DNA from: Candidatus Omnitrophota bacterium
Lineage (GTDB): Bacteria; Omnitrophota; Gorgyraeia; 2-02-FULL-51-18
NCBI GenBank assembly: GCA_945877765.1
Contig: CAMDWQ010000005.1
Coordinates: 604-64,603 of the forward strand
Length of the DNA: 64,000 nucleotides
Direction: 5' to 3'
The translations under genes and the position numbers were made by a program. Of this stretch, positions 20,901-28,636 are shown one piece after another (positions within the stretch are counted from its first letter, which is position 1; every line of letters begins with the position of its first letter). The notes beneath the pieces were generated by a model that worked only from the letters and a program-made list of their open reading frames with translations, had not been told where the DNA came from and ran no database searches.

Positions 20901-23900
20901 ACGGAACGCAAATATATACGTGGTCACAAACCGGTACGCTGAGCTGATCGACCACGAGATAAGAAGCCACTTCCAGTTGTTGCCCACGACACCCATGCCC
21001 ACCCCCAACAGATCGGAAGTCCATGTGAATATCTTTGGAAGCAAATGAAGCGAATAAAGAAGCAAATAGACATCGATCCCCGTGCTTGATTCCTTGAGAC
21101 CAGCAAGCTCATTTTTCTGATCCTCAGAAATCAACCCATGTGAATACGCTTTATCGATATCGTCAAAAAATACGCGATTGATAAAATTCATGCGGAATTT
21201 TTCCATAAAAATAAATTTCCCAATGTCAAAAGGAGCTTTGATTATCCGGAAAAGTGTTTTGACTGCCCAGCGGAGCACGCGCCAAGAAAAAGTGGCGGTT
21301 GCTGTGACGGCACTACGCATGAATTTGAATGGAAGTGTTAAAGAGTGCCCAACCATATAAGCTAAATAAGCAGACCTAGGCTCTCTAAATTCTCGGGCTT
21401 GTTCGGGACTGATGCGCTTGGTGATTTCCCAATAATCAATGTTATTTTTTCTTGAGAGCTTGAGAAATTCAGCAAGGTCAAACCCTTTTGCCCAAAACTG
21501 TGGGGAACGATCCAAGAAAGTCTCCCTAAGAGCACGATAATCTTTTATCCAAGCGGCTAGGTGAGCAGACTCCCCCGGTTCCAGTAAATCGGGGTGGGCT
21601 TTCATATATTCCTCAAAAAGATCCATATTCATTAGATGAAAAGTATCCGGATAATTCTCGGCTTGTTTCGCGTGATCAGTGGCGTCCCTGAATTGCTTAA
21701 AAAAGAAAAATGGAAACGTGTAGCCCCACAGCAGAGCCGATATATTTCTCTCCGTATCCACCCAAAGCATAAGGCCGCTTGCCAAACTCCGTTTGATGTT
21801 GGGAAATGAAAACCACGCCATCCCCGGCGCGCCGCTGTCATTGATAGCGACTTGAGAAATCAAGTTACCCGCACCGGCCTCCGCCAACGGCTGTTTAAGC
21901 TGGCGCATAAGCTCCACCTGTTCATCAAACTTTCCATCCTTCTCAGTTGACAACCGCAGATAAGACCCGCGCAGTTCGACGTAGTCCATCACCAGTGCCC
22001 AAGAGCCGGCTTGAGGAACCCAAGCATAGGCCTCGCGCGGAATGATGCCCTCAAAATTTTTACCTTTTAGAGAGCGAACGATCATGCTCAAAAATTTATA
22101 ATTATACAAAAGCGCCCTAGCGACCTCTTCATACCGCTGGGGACCAAACCCGCCTTGAAAGGTTAAAAAATATTGCACGTCCCGGATGATTCTTTTAAGC
22201 CCCCGCGCCCGAAATATCTTGAGGACCTTTATCTCTTTGTCTGGACCTTCCACTTTCCACACTTCACTAAAACCGCCGCCATCCCCCAGGCGAGATTTCA
22301 CCAGGTAGCTCTTATTGCCGAGACTATTCCCGGAAAAGTCCTTAAGCTCTAAGTTAATACTTAATTCTGGATACAGCCCATTTTTTGTATTTTCCGCCAA
22401 TCGCGCCGCGGTAGGCGTTAAGTGCCAAGCTTGATTTCCACTCGGTCGGGGTGTATATTCAGGGCGTAAAGGAGTTTTCCAATGAAAAAAAGCCTCATCT
22501 CCAGCGATCCCGATTTTTGCGCGGGGAAACTTTGCTTCACTGCGACGCGTATCCCTGTTTATATGGTTCTTGAGCTTCTCGAAGCGGGTGAATCTTGGAA
22601 AAAGATCCTCAAAAGCTACCCAAGTCTGAATGAGGCTCACATCCACGCCGCGCTTCACACGGCGGCTGAAGTCTTGAAAAATCAGGAATACCATTCTTTT
22701 GCCTAAATCTGACATTTCCTGGAAACTTTTTGGAGATGAAAATATCAGCTTTGACGTCATAAAATTTCTAAAGAAAAAGGGGTATAATGTCATTGCCTGC
22801 CCAAAAAGTCTAAAAAATGGCGAATTATTCCATCGGCTAATCAAAGAGAGACGAATACTTTTCACCCACGACAAGGACTTTCTGGACTCTGGGCGGTATC
22901 CTGCCTCTAAAACAGACGGCATTATATTCATCCCGATCCACCCCGCCACAGACAAAAATGTAATTCCCGCACTCCATAGCATGCTGGTAAAAATATCGCC
23001 GAGAGAAATATCTGGGCGGTTGGTTATTTTGTCAATGGATGGTTTCACCATCCAGCCGGACTCAGCAGACTTCGCTTCCTGATTCTCAGCTAGCCACGTA
23101 GTCTGATTTTTCTCCTCTATCCCATTGTCACGGCCTGTCTTCACCCCCAACGCCTGAGTAAGCTCCGCAATTTTCCCCGCCGTCAGAGTTCTGAGGAGCA
23201 TATTAGTTTTGGGTGTGAAGGAATTTAATACGGGAAGTGGTGAGTGGCTTTTTTGGCTTAAGAGAATTTGTTCGTATCTTTTGAGATTGGTCTCTTGCAA
23301 CACTTGAGGAGTCAGGGAAATGTAGGAGATGTTTTTCTGCTTGAGTAGGTATTTAAGATTGGGGGTGTGGTAGCCTCCGGTGATTAGAATGTACTCGTGT
23401 GCGGCGTGGGTAATGGTTTTTGTAGGTGCGGCGGGTCCGGGTCGCAAGCCCTCGCTTGCGACACTTCGCTTCGGCATGGATAGCCTTCGCGTCGTCACCT
23501 GTCGGACTCCGCTGTGCTCATGTAATTCTTCATTCCGCGCAGCGGAGGCCTCCCCTCCGGCGCCACCCGCATGTGCTTTGTTTGCTGTACCTGTCGCCGG
23601 GTGTGGGGTACTTTCTATCACCTCCAGCATATTGGAGATAAAGGCTTGGTCTCTTTGGTAGGTTAATTCATAGAAGTCTTCGCAATAACGAACCATGTCT
23701 TGGTAGCCATTTTCTAGGAATAAGGCTTTGTCATAATTGTTTTTTTGATTCATGAGCTTTTGGTTGAGGAAACCTGTGATTTTTTGGATACTCGTGTTTT
23801 GTTTATCTTTTCTATAAGACTCATACTCTTGGGGAGTTAGTTGAAGTAGGAATAATTTTTTTAGGAAGTCGATGTTGTTAGAAGCTTGAATTAGATTCTT

Positions 23901-25130
23901 TTCATCGGGGGTCACGATGAGAGAGTCGAGGATCTTTTGTTCTAGAAGCTTTTGTTCGTTTAGGATCTCTTGGGGGTTTAAGGACAATGAATATTTGAAA
24001 TAGGCTAGATACTTTTGAAGATGGGGATAGTTGCTATTGTCTTTTAGTTGATCCGATAGGAGAAAGAGGAAGGCTTTGTGGACTTGTTCGTCTTTGGATC
24101 TTGCGGCGTCTTGGAGCTCTTTTTGGGTTTGGGTGGAAAGAGAATTAATCAATAGGGCTTGTTCTTTTTGAGCTACTTCGAAGTTGATTTGTTTTTCTTT
24201 TTGGTTTAGGTCTTCTAGGAGTTGTATGTTTTTAAAGCCTTTAAGTTCTAGCTTTTGGGCTTCTTGAAAGAGAAGGCTTAGGTATTCTCGCAAAGAGAGC
24301 TCGCCTTTTTGGTGAGCTTTAAGTTTTTGGTTAAAGGCTAGAAGGTAGGGGTTTAAAAGAGTGGGCTCCAAGGTGTGAATTGTGTTTTCAACTTGTGCTA
24401 GATAATCGCTGTATTTTTCCCTTCGTTTGGCACTTCGCCGGTAAAGCTCCACCGACTTGGCGTAGAGAGACATGTCTTCTACTCCCCAGAGCGTCATGGG
24501 GTGATTGCTGGTTAGGTCTAGATACTCGGTGCCTTGGAGTTTGGCCTGGAGAAGAAAGGATTTGGCGACTTGTTGTCTTTTTTCAAGGGAGGCGTATTTT
24601 CTTAAGAAAGAGAGAGATTCGTTGCCGCTTCCAGCTTCTAGGAAGATGTAGTTTGAGAGATTCTTTTTCTGGCTATAGAGGATATCTAAGAGCTTCGCCT
24701 CATTGAGTTGTCCTGAGTTGTTGGTGTGAGCATCTTGAATTAGTATTACACATGCCGGGTGGCGCCGGAGGGGAGGCCTCCGCCGCGCGGAGTGAACATT
24801 TACACGAGCACGGCGGAGTACCGCAGGTGACAGGCCCCGGCCACTCCGTAGCACGCTTTTGGTTGGAGCAACCCAAGCATCTTCGATAGTTGCTACTGAT
24901 TCAGGGATTTGGGGAAGAAAGTCTTTGGCCCACTTTAGACTTTTTTGCTTTTCCCCTCCATCCTCAATCCTCCATCCTCTATCCGCCTTTAATAGTTCAG
25001 GAGCTGCATAAGAAAACTCTTGAATTAAAAGGCATAAAATTAGCGTGAGCGAGAGGCTCTTAAGAAAGACCGTTCGGGTCGCTTTATTAGCGAGGGCGGT
25101 GTTATTTGTCATAAGTTCATGTGTCAACAT
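14967..25130 (-). CDS. Giant modular secreted protein 1 (3387 aa) with [AG]ARLA-delimited cargo modules
   Basis: Single 10.2-kb ORF; signal peptide; N-domain IQDAH/FLEAG/RD/GGYH shared with 47988-55961; kinase-like, M23 and HPr-like modules. Confidence 0.85.
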   Translation of the reverse strand: MLTHELMTNNTALANKATRTVFLKSLSLTLILCLLIQEFSYAAPELLKADRGWRIEDGGEKQKSLKWAKDFLPQIPESVATIEDAWVAPTKSVLRSGRGLSPAVLRRARVNVHSARRRPPLRRHPACVILIQDAHTNNSGQLNEAKLLDILYSQKKNLSNYIFLEAGSGNESLSFLRKYASLEKRQQVAKSFLLQAKLQGTEYLDLTSNHPMTLWGVEDMSLYAKSVELYRRSAKRREKYSDYLAQVENTIHTLEPTLLNPYLLAFNQKLKAHQKGELSLREYLSLLFQEAQKLELKGFKNIQLLEDLNQKEKQINFEVAQKEQALLINSLSTQTQKELQDAARSKDEQVHKAFLFLLSDQLKDNSNYPHLQKYLAYFKYSLSLNPQEILNEQKLLEQKILDSLIVTPDEKNLIQASNNIDFLKKLFLLQLTPQEYESYRKDKQNTSIQKITGFLNQKLMNQKNNYDKALFLENGYQDMVRYCEDFYELTYQRDQAFISNMLEVIESTPHPATGTANKAHAGGAGGEASAARNEELHEHSGVRQVTTRRLSMPKRSVASEGLRPGPAAPTKTITHAAHEYILITGGYHTPNLKYLLKQKNISYISLTPQVLQETNLKRYEQILLSQKSHSPLPVLNSFTPKTNMLLRTLTAGKIAELTQALGVKTGRDNGIEEKNQTTWLAENQEAKSAESGWMVKPSIDKITNRPDISLGDIFTSMLWSAGITFLSVAGWIGMNIMPSVLEAGYRPESRKSLSWVKSIRLSLISRWNNSPFFRLFGQAMTLYPFFFRNFMTSKLIFSSPKSFQEMSDLGKRMVFLIFQDFSRRVKRGVDVSLIQTWVAFEDLFPRFTRFEKLKNHINRDTRRSEAKFPRAKIGIAGDEAFFHWKTPLRPEYTPRPSGNQAWHLTPTAARLAENTKNGLYPELSINLELKDFSGNSLGNKSYLVKSRLGDGGGFSEVWKVEGPDKEIKVLKIFRARGLKRIIRDVQYFLTFQGGFGPQRYEEVARALLYNYKFLSMIVRSLKGKNFEGIIPREAYAWVPQAGSWALVMDYVELRGSYLRLSTEKDGKFDEQVELMRQLKQPLAEAGAGNLISQVAINDSGAPGMAWFSFPNIKRSLASGLMLWVDTERNISALLWGYTFPFFFFKQFRDATDHAKQAENYPDTFHLMNMDLFEEYMKAHPDLLEPGESAHLAAWIKDYRALRETFLDRSPQFWAKGFDLAEFLKLSRKNNIDYWEITKRISPEQAREFREPRSAYLAYMVGHSLTLPFKFMRSAVTATATFSWRVLRWAVKTLFRIIKAPFDIGKFIFMEKFRMNFINRVFFDDIDKAYSHGLISEDQKNELAGLKESSTGIDVYLLLYSLHLLPKIFTWTSDLLGVGMGVVGNNWKWLLISWSISSAYRFVTTYIFAFRHPEQKFGWAYLSVLPIVNVIGVPLQILASFKQLKPLVILKIRLSVQKWVGRVPGFGEPAGLLSSYYGDKVVADNIIKVATWITGLIPSSTGGESSKDNSGAAARLALSRVEGLAENSGSQMSRTDTSSRVYAINGNIQKKDPAFVHDFVRLIRSGDGFDAKNVSQAPAYKEYLVTTPDVLQTYVVKVHIANELANRFMVITLPGNQRLIIRDNGQNDSDYQAIRNKLEGKTRPQAARLAGNSESKILRTDPISSKRRSGARLAKATFKIVKDHRDTKFFDSLSHEEKAIAEKIMSGALVSTADILQAQALHQGKIFIQHREYFWPEEGRTIYLKLDSPIDGILYIRFKGVRPRVDEANKLVPYLGEAGFVKFPPTIDNQGRFTTTTFAGQNYSGTLNPKGAELEDELMRKLSQLSLPVDKALGWALMESSHDSTQQYAWVAAGMTGEDFRLSVTDQGVIGDLKHNSSDSKASDRDFFNPIKNKESVQKIFYEYGKALRELHRNGYIHRYPTFANTGLMQGSEEKKWHVVLRDLNTVWNVPESADALGSARLRFLDVSRVLHTILVHDTSEDFVAMLRSFVDGYFFDAKQESVANIFKQCLNNEGEMWYLITSVVSDDRPQEENRVSFEITDQLKLTFLTVRGILIKQDNPFSLLIEALTDASTRDLSAARLAKKPVSQMSRTDTGSEVDISAVQPNQPAEQPSAVQETVMVGQTDLHSREKSQDKIFLKKAHRQLSRMVLSSYRKTAKEWGARRFILREGMKFGDLGCWWREVSRFKSHREQKHGGIDLAVIESVDGKVEAAGSGRPVFSLIDGKVKWIFEDDMQSTVIMETTVYGRKLYTVYTHIVPAEGLKQGDSVRHGKNIGKIGPSRNKSIIAPHLHQAIFYFRDEAEADRLQDPNYDIINQMAVENKIIYIDPADLIPASERNKIFVSDPTWETTIESVALIGEPRDARPLRREIFWAIPGIKRVEDVPNPASTTDITIEKTTEGWALHSADGEWQGDASSTAEVLNHLIQLENKHRSGARLALRRAEGLVESPESQMSRTDTGSTAAAARLAGHDPQISRSSLLSLIQSWQTAAVGSPHDAARGYSEVVFAVNRLFDGSEYKNFPSQVSSALDRLRNQGTVILDQGDWSARTALESLEAVAMAYIVKSMSEPLSEHEVVVMEEAIEVYNNGSNAKLKLDFESLFGLVLKRFLILGGDLKNVQDPLANEGFIKMSLQLPNLFSPEIMQSDATDPPLFRRRLQAVKMIALYHFLQGVHFNSFSSDSHHDLIIMHANMLFLKKQYESLSTIPRDDLDSKITDELDTVISAVQMSLFRVWSQLIPFFNGGISYENFVYPAISGMPNDLHQQYTSFFKYNEDFIQRLSRPIIADVLKDSKDYPLLGQKITFYRAGKGGYEESLNQRLKGFEPPEKISAWQLFLDRRKSYFFNSEAGMLQDYKWAHSRNIIEYKNSQVVAQLVRYTKALNLLGQGGMTAARLAASEGNEKIITMKIKHSQGIHMAPSQNIAYVAKIILQKCGIQLFLRHAGPATGMHSERLKYDATKANTLSGAFHSGEEIELISKRIWGNVDEGEILKIAEDLLKDALEDQYGVQPGQHISRYASRVEKLADANESHRLDSSSPAAPQNDGADQAARLAENKKIEMEDSLPTNSQTLQDLKTFFTEMSLPMPMHGKKSMWGRLAVQQESGVIPIFNLRKSAQGLQVRVGAKILFRISPEEMRMIKETLKKDQGRQSARRGQGFLIERMQKMWNEQVPGAIGTGFGFVEIDLAQLVDPRFGSVLDLKAKKVLLKAIFDRVARSRGNQYILLNIDQLPGKMGLTAQRRLARIQSKARMGQVLTQRPEGAVVSRIVLSQAGDKIEKLKSDSVVALLVEGLPNTGIAFLEAETLAGLWSAHAGQGKEQMIQAIGESGLINFLNSLRLGKPKIDSAKFYAIQTQEIIEGESLLWILLPPITALVNDMASAIRLSLQTDWSA
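17751..17831 (-). repeat. Giant-gene linker repeat (~80 bp), copy 1
   Basis: Near-identical to 20517-20597; partial copies at 18843-18899 and 20148-20198; encodes GARLALRRAEGLVESPESQMSRTDTGS. Confidence 0.85.
20517..20597 (-). repeat. Giant-gene linker repeat (~80 bp), copy 2
   Basis: Encodes AARLALSRVEGLAENSGSQMSRTDTSS. Confidence 0.85.
22431..22474 (+). promoter_or_regulatory. Sigma70-like promoter and RBS of the embedded TA operon
   Basis: TTGATT (22431)-N17-TATATT (22454); AAAGGAG at 22468-22474 before ATG 22482. Confidence 0.65.
22482..22706 (+). CDS. DUF433 antitoxin, antisense within giant ORF 1
   Basis: ISSDPDFCAGKLCFTATRIPVYMVLELLEAGES..IL.SYPSL....IHAAL matches the DUF433 signature. 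Confidence 0.85.
   Translation: MKKSLISSDPDFCAGKLCFTATRIPVYMVLELLEAGESWKKILKSYPSLNEAHIHAALHTAAEVLKNQEYHSFA
22699..23082 (+). CDS. DUF5615 PIN-like toxin, antisense within giant ORF 1
   Basis: LFGDENIS...L...GYNV...RILFTHDKDF...GII; overlaps the DUF433 stop. Confidence 0.8.
   Translation: MPKSDISWKLFGDENISFDVIKFLKKKGYNVIACPKSLKNGELFHRLIKERRILFTHDKDFLDSGRYPASKTDGIIFIPIHPATDKNVIPALHSMLVKISPREISGRLVILSMDGFTIQPDSADFAS
23494..23573 (-). repeat. Family D ~85-bp element, in-frame inside giant ORF 1
   Basis: Reverse complement matches 24751-24834 and 63578-63670 (gggtggcgccggaggggaggcctccgc...caggtgac). Confidence 0.85.
24751..24834 (+). repeat. Family D element, in-frame inside giant ORF 1
   Basis: Matches the intergenic copy at 63578-63670. 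Confidence 0.85.
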
Positions 25131-25233
25131 AACATGGATAAAGTATGCCCAATTGGGTCGACAGAAGCAAACTTAAAATAGAAATTAATTATTGTATAAC
25201 CTGTTATAAATAATAGAGTTACAGCCATCCAAT

Positions 25234-25262
25234 GTCATCCCCGAAATTTCTTATCGGGGATC
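25234..25262. repeat. Family B REP palindrome
   Basis: gtcatccccgaaatttcttatcggggatc. Confidence 0.8.
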
Positions 25263-25289
25263 ATACTTTAATATAGGGCTTGGGGGGGG

Positions 25290-25733
25290 TCAATGTCCGC
25301 TGTGGTAGGGCAAATGGTGGATAATAGTTTGAGCACGATAGACCTGCTCAGCGGCAATGACAGCGGCGATCTCATGAGGCAATGTCATCGGGCCAAAGGA
25401 CCATAAAAGATCGGGTTTTAAATTTTCGATGTCCTTGGCACTAAATCCATCGGCGGGACCAATCGCTACCCAAAGTTCCTTGGCGCCGGAGTTCATTATC
25501 CTTTGAAGCGCCTTGGCTAGTTCTTCCGAGGAAAGCATTTTGGCATTTTTGGAGGTGTGGCAGAGCCAGAGTTTAGCTTGCGGCCTTTTACTGACATCAA
25601 GATTCGTCTTTAAACACTCACCAAATTTTCCGATGCGCTGCGTGTATTCATTAAATAAAGCCAATGCATCCGGCGATTTAAATGATTTGGCGATATTGGA
25701 GGATGCCCAAGCCAGACAAAACTTGATTTTCAT
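25290..25733 (-). CDS. rlmH: 23S rRNA (pseudouridine1915-N3)-methyltransferase
   Basis: SSEELA, IGPADG, SFGPMTLPH, EQVYRA..I..PYH; ATG overlaps glpK stop. Confidence 0.9.
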   Translation of the reverse strand: MKIKFCLAWASSNIAKSFKSPDALALFNEYTQRIGKFGECLKTNLDVSKRPQAKLWLCHTSKNAKMLSSEELAKALQRIMNSGAKELWVAIGPADGFSAKDIENLKPDLLWSFGPMTLPHEIAAVIAAEQVYRAQTIIHHLPYHSGH

Positions 25734-27217
25734 CGGGCCCAATCGCGTGAACGCTTCACCGCCTCTTTCCAACCGGCATAAAGCGCGTCTCTTCCTTTAA
25801 ACTTCGCATCGGGATAAAAAATTCTATCCACCTGCCGCAAACGGTTAAACTCCTGCTGATTTTTCAAAAATCCAACCGCTATTCCCGCTAGCCCCGCCGC
25901 CCCCAATGCCGTCGTTTCCCGCACGAGAGGCCTCTCAACCGGGATTCCTAAAATATTGGCCTGAAACTGCATCAGGAAATCATTGGCGCTAGCTCCCCCA
26001 TCCACCCGCAGTGACCGAAAGCTTCGTCCCGTATCTTTTTTCATCACTTCAAGAATATCCCTCGTCTGATACGCGATCGCTTCCAAAGCCGCCCGCACCA
26101 AATGCTCCCGTTTCGTTCCCCGGGTGATTCCAAATATACTTCCGCGAGCGTGCGGATCCCAATACGGCGCTCCCAACCCCACCAACGCCGGCACAAAATA
26201 AACGCCTTCATTCGAGGCGAGGCTTTCTGCCATTTTCTTGGCGTCTTCGGCTCGGTTTAAAATTTTGATCCCGTCCCGAAGCCACTGAACCGCAGCGCCT
26301 CCGATAAAAACACTTCCCTCGACTGCGTAATCGGTGTGTTTTAAATCACCCAAAGACCATGCCACCGTCGTCAAAAGATTTTTAGAAAATTTAGGAGAGG
26401 ACCCTGTGCTTTCCAGCATAAAAAGACCGGTTCCGTAGGTATTTTTAATGATGCCGGATTTAAAACAGCCCTGCGCAAAAGAAGCCGCCTGCTGATCGCC
26501 AATCACACCCGTAATCGGAATGCTGGCGCCAAACCATTGCGAATGAAGATCAGCGCACCGGCCGCTAGAGGGCACCACTTTCGGCAAAATAGTTACAGGG
26601 ACACGAAAAATTTTACAAAGCTGGGAATCCCACTGTTTGGTTTTCAAATTAAATAGCATTGTACGCGAGGCATTGGAGGAATCAGTCACATGCGATTGGC
26701 CTTGAGATAATTTCCAGATGATCCACGAATCAATCGTGCCCGAGAGAATCTCCCCACGGCCCGCCTTGGCACGAGCCCCCTTGATATGATCCAAAAGCCA
26801 CGTCAATTTGCTAGCGCTAAAATAAGCATCTAGAAAAAGACCTGTTTTGGCATGAATTGTTTTTTCAAAACCTTTGTTTTTAAGCGCCTGACAAAAAGCT
26901 GCCGTCCGTCGGCACTGCCAGACAATCGCGTTGTGCAAGGGCTTGCCAGTTTTCTTATCCCAGATCAAAATCGTCTCCCGCTGATTGGTGATACCAATCG
27001 CCGCGATCGCGGAAGGTTTTATTTTTTTAAATGTTTTTGCCAGGATTCTCCGTACACTTTGCCATATTTCCTCGGGGTCATGCTCGACCCACCCAGGCTT
27101 AGGAAAAATTTGGGTAAATTCCTCATAAGCCTGAAAAACAATTTTTTGGGAACGGTCAAACACAATCGCGCGGTTCCCCGTCGTTCCCAGGTCCAATGCT
27201 AAAATGTATTTTTTCAT
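25730..27217 (-). CDS. glpK: Glycerol kinase
   Basis: DLGTT, TNQRET, GDQQA, KNTYGTG, GLGAPYW, DGG. Confidence 0.95.
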   Translation of the reverse strand: MKKYILALDLGTTGNRAIVFDRSQKIVFQAYEEFTQIFPKPGWVEHDPEEIWQSVRRILAKTFKKIKPSAIAAIGITNQRETILIWDKKTGKPLHNAIVWQCRRTAAFCQALKNKGFEKTIHAKTGLFLDAYFSASKLTWLLDHIKGARAKAGRGEILSGTIDSWIIWKLSQGQSHVTDSSNASRTMLFNLKTKQWDSQLCKIFRVPVTILPKVVPSSGRCADLHSQWFGASIPITGVIGDQQAASFAQGCFKSGIIKNTYGTGLFMLESTGSSPKFSKNLLTTVAWSLGDLKHTDYAVEGSVFIGGAAVQWLRDGIKILNRAEDAKKMAESLASNEGVYFVPALVGLGAPYWDPHARGSIFGITRGTKREHLVRAALEAIAYQTRDILEVMKKDTGRSFRSLRVDGGASANDFLMQFQANILGIPVERPLVRETTALGAAGLAGIAVGFLKNQQEFNRLRQVDRIFYPDAKFKGRDALYAGWKEAVKRSRDWAR

Positions 27218-27240
27218 TCTGCCTCCCGTCTGGCTACACC

Positions 27241-27273
27241 CGGTGCCATAGGGGTCAGACCCCTATGGCACCG
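27241..27273. repeat. Family A REP
   Basis: Palindrome cggtgccataggggtcagacccctatggcaccg. Confidence 0.88.
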
Positions 27274-27274
27274 A

Positions 27275-27832
27275 CTAAAAATCGATTCCCTTTTGTGCCT
27301 GAATCCCCTTTTGAAACGGGTGCTTAATCTCCTTCATCTCCGTCACCAGATCCGCCCGTTCAATAATCTCCGGCTTGGCGTTACGCCCAGTAAGAATAAG
27401 GTGAGTCTTGACAGGTTTTTTATCAATCATCTCAAGCACGTCCGCTAGACCCACCAATTTTATGTCTAGATAATCAATGGCGTAAAGCACTTCATCCAAA
27501 ACCACGACATCATACAAGCCAGAGAAAATTTTTTCTTTTGCCAATAAAACCGCATCTTCTGCCGCTTGTTGATGCTCCGCTAATGGCTTCTTATCCCCCA
27601 TGATGCTGACAAAACCTTTGCCCAGCTGCAGGATTTCAAGACGAGGATGATTTTTAGCGCTTTCGAGCTCACCAAACACCACCGGCCAATCCCCCTTAAA
27701 AAACTGGATCACCAAGACCCGCATCCCATGCCCCAGCGCCCGAAACACATTCCCCAGCGCTGCGGATGTCTTGCCTTTACCGTTGCCGGTGTAGACAATG
27801 ACCAGGCCCTTCGTTTTAGGGGAGGCGGTCAA
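27275..27832 (-). CDS. cobO: Cob(I)yrinic acid a,c-diamide adenosyltransferase
   Basis: YTGNGKGKTSAALG, QFFKG, LDE, LTGR, KHPF..G. Confidence 0.92.
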   Translation of the reverse strand: MTASPKTKGLVIVYTGNGKGKTSAALGNVFRALGHGMRVLVIQFFKGDWPVVFGELESAKNHPRLEILQLGKGFVSIMGDKKPLAEHQQAAEDAVLLAKEKIFSGLYDVVVLDEVLYAIDYLDIKLVGLADVLEMIDKKPVKTHLILTGRNAKPEIIERADLVTEMKEIKHPFQKGIQAQKGIDF

Positions 27833-28241
27833 AACGCTCCATCAGTTCGTTGATCACTTTTTCATTAGCGGGCGGGAATTTAAAATTTTTTAATTGGGCG
27901 ACATCCGACCACTGAGCTTTCTGGCATTCCAATGCCCTGGGCTCACCGGATACCAGCGAGCAGAGATAAAAATTAAGCCAGATAATTCTCTCTTTGTATA
28001 AATGGCGAATCTCCATTAGCTTTTGCTCCACCTTCACTTCAACCCCCGTCTCTTCGCGCGCTTCGCGCACAGCACACTCCTCAAAAGTTTCTCCCTCATT
28101 TTTTTTACCGCCAGGAAATTCCCAATAATTGGCAAACGAGTCATCTTTGTTTCTTTGGGAAATCAAAAAATTACGGCCGCTTCGAATAATCGCGACCCCG
28201 CAGGGGATAAAGCTGCCATTGGGCGTACTGTTTACTTTCAC
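27816..28241 (-). CDS. mutT: NUDIX hydrolase, MutT-like
   Basis: WEFPGGK..EGE...CAVREAREETG; FPPAN. Confidence 0.8.
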   Translation of the reverse strand: MKVNSTPNGSFIPCGVAIIRSGRNFLISQRNKDDSFANYWEFPGGKKNEGETFEECAVREAREETGVEVKVEQKLMEIRHLYKERIIWLNFYLCSLVSGEPRALECQKAQWSDVAQLKNFKFPPANEKVINELMERFDRLP

Positions 28242-28636
28242 TTGACCTGCAGTATTCTTTTTTTGACCAGGGATACAATTTTTTCATCATATCCCAGATA
28301 GGGACAGAGACTAATTTTTACACCAGCGTATTTTTTGATTTCAGTGGTAATGATTTCGGGGATATCCGACTGGACATGCTTTCCCATTAAAATAAAATAA
28401 GGCAAAATGCGGATTTGCTTAGCCCCTTTTTTAACACAAAATTCAATCGCCTCTTGAATGGAAGGATACGTAATTTCAAGATACGCGCACACCACGCGCG
28501 AAAAACGCTTATCTTTTTGGATTTGTGAGGCGACCTTTACCATCGCTTGTTGAAAACCTTCCTGGCGGCTGCCATGGCCGACCAGAATGACAAAATATCT
28601 TTGGGGCGGTGCGGCTAGCGATCTAGATGACTTCAC
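28238..28636 (-). CDS. CbiX/SirB-family chelatase (single domain)
   Basis: VGHGSR, AYLE, PYF..GKHV..DIP. Confidence 0.85.
   Translation of the reverse strand: MKSSRSLAAPPQRYFVILVGHGSRQEGFQQAMVKVASQIQKDKRFSRVVCAYLEITYPSIQEAIEFCVKKGAKQIRILPYFILMGKHVQSDIPEIITTEIKKYAGVKISLCPYLGYDEKIVSLVKKRILQVK

Noticed and set aside
14967-25130. Classical integron or intein explanation for the modules
   Set aside because: No integron integrase in the window, no attC-type GTTRRRY/RYYYAAC structure recognised at junctions, and no intein C/S...HN termini.
25146-25162. Similar tgccc...gg.tcgac stretch upstream of both giant genes (also ~55989-56004)
   Set aside because: Too short and inconsistently spaced to call a promoter or operator from two instances.
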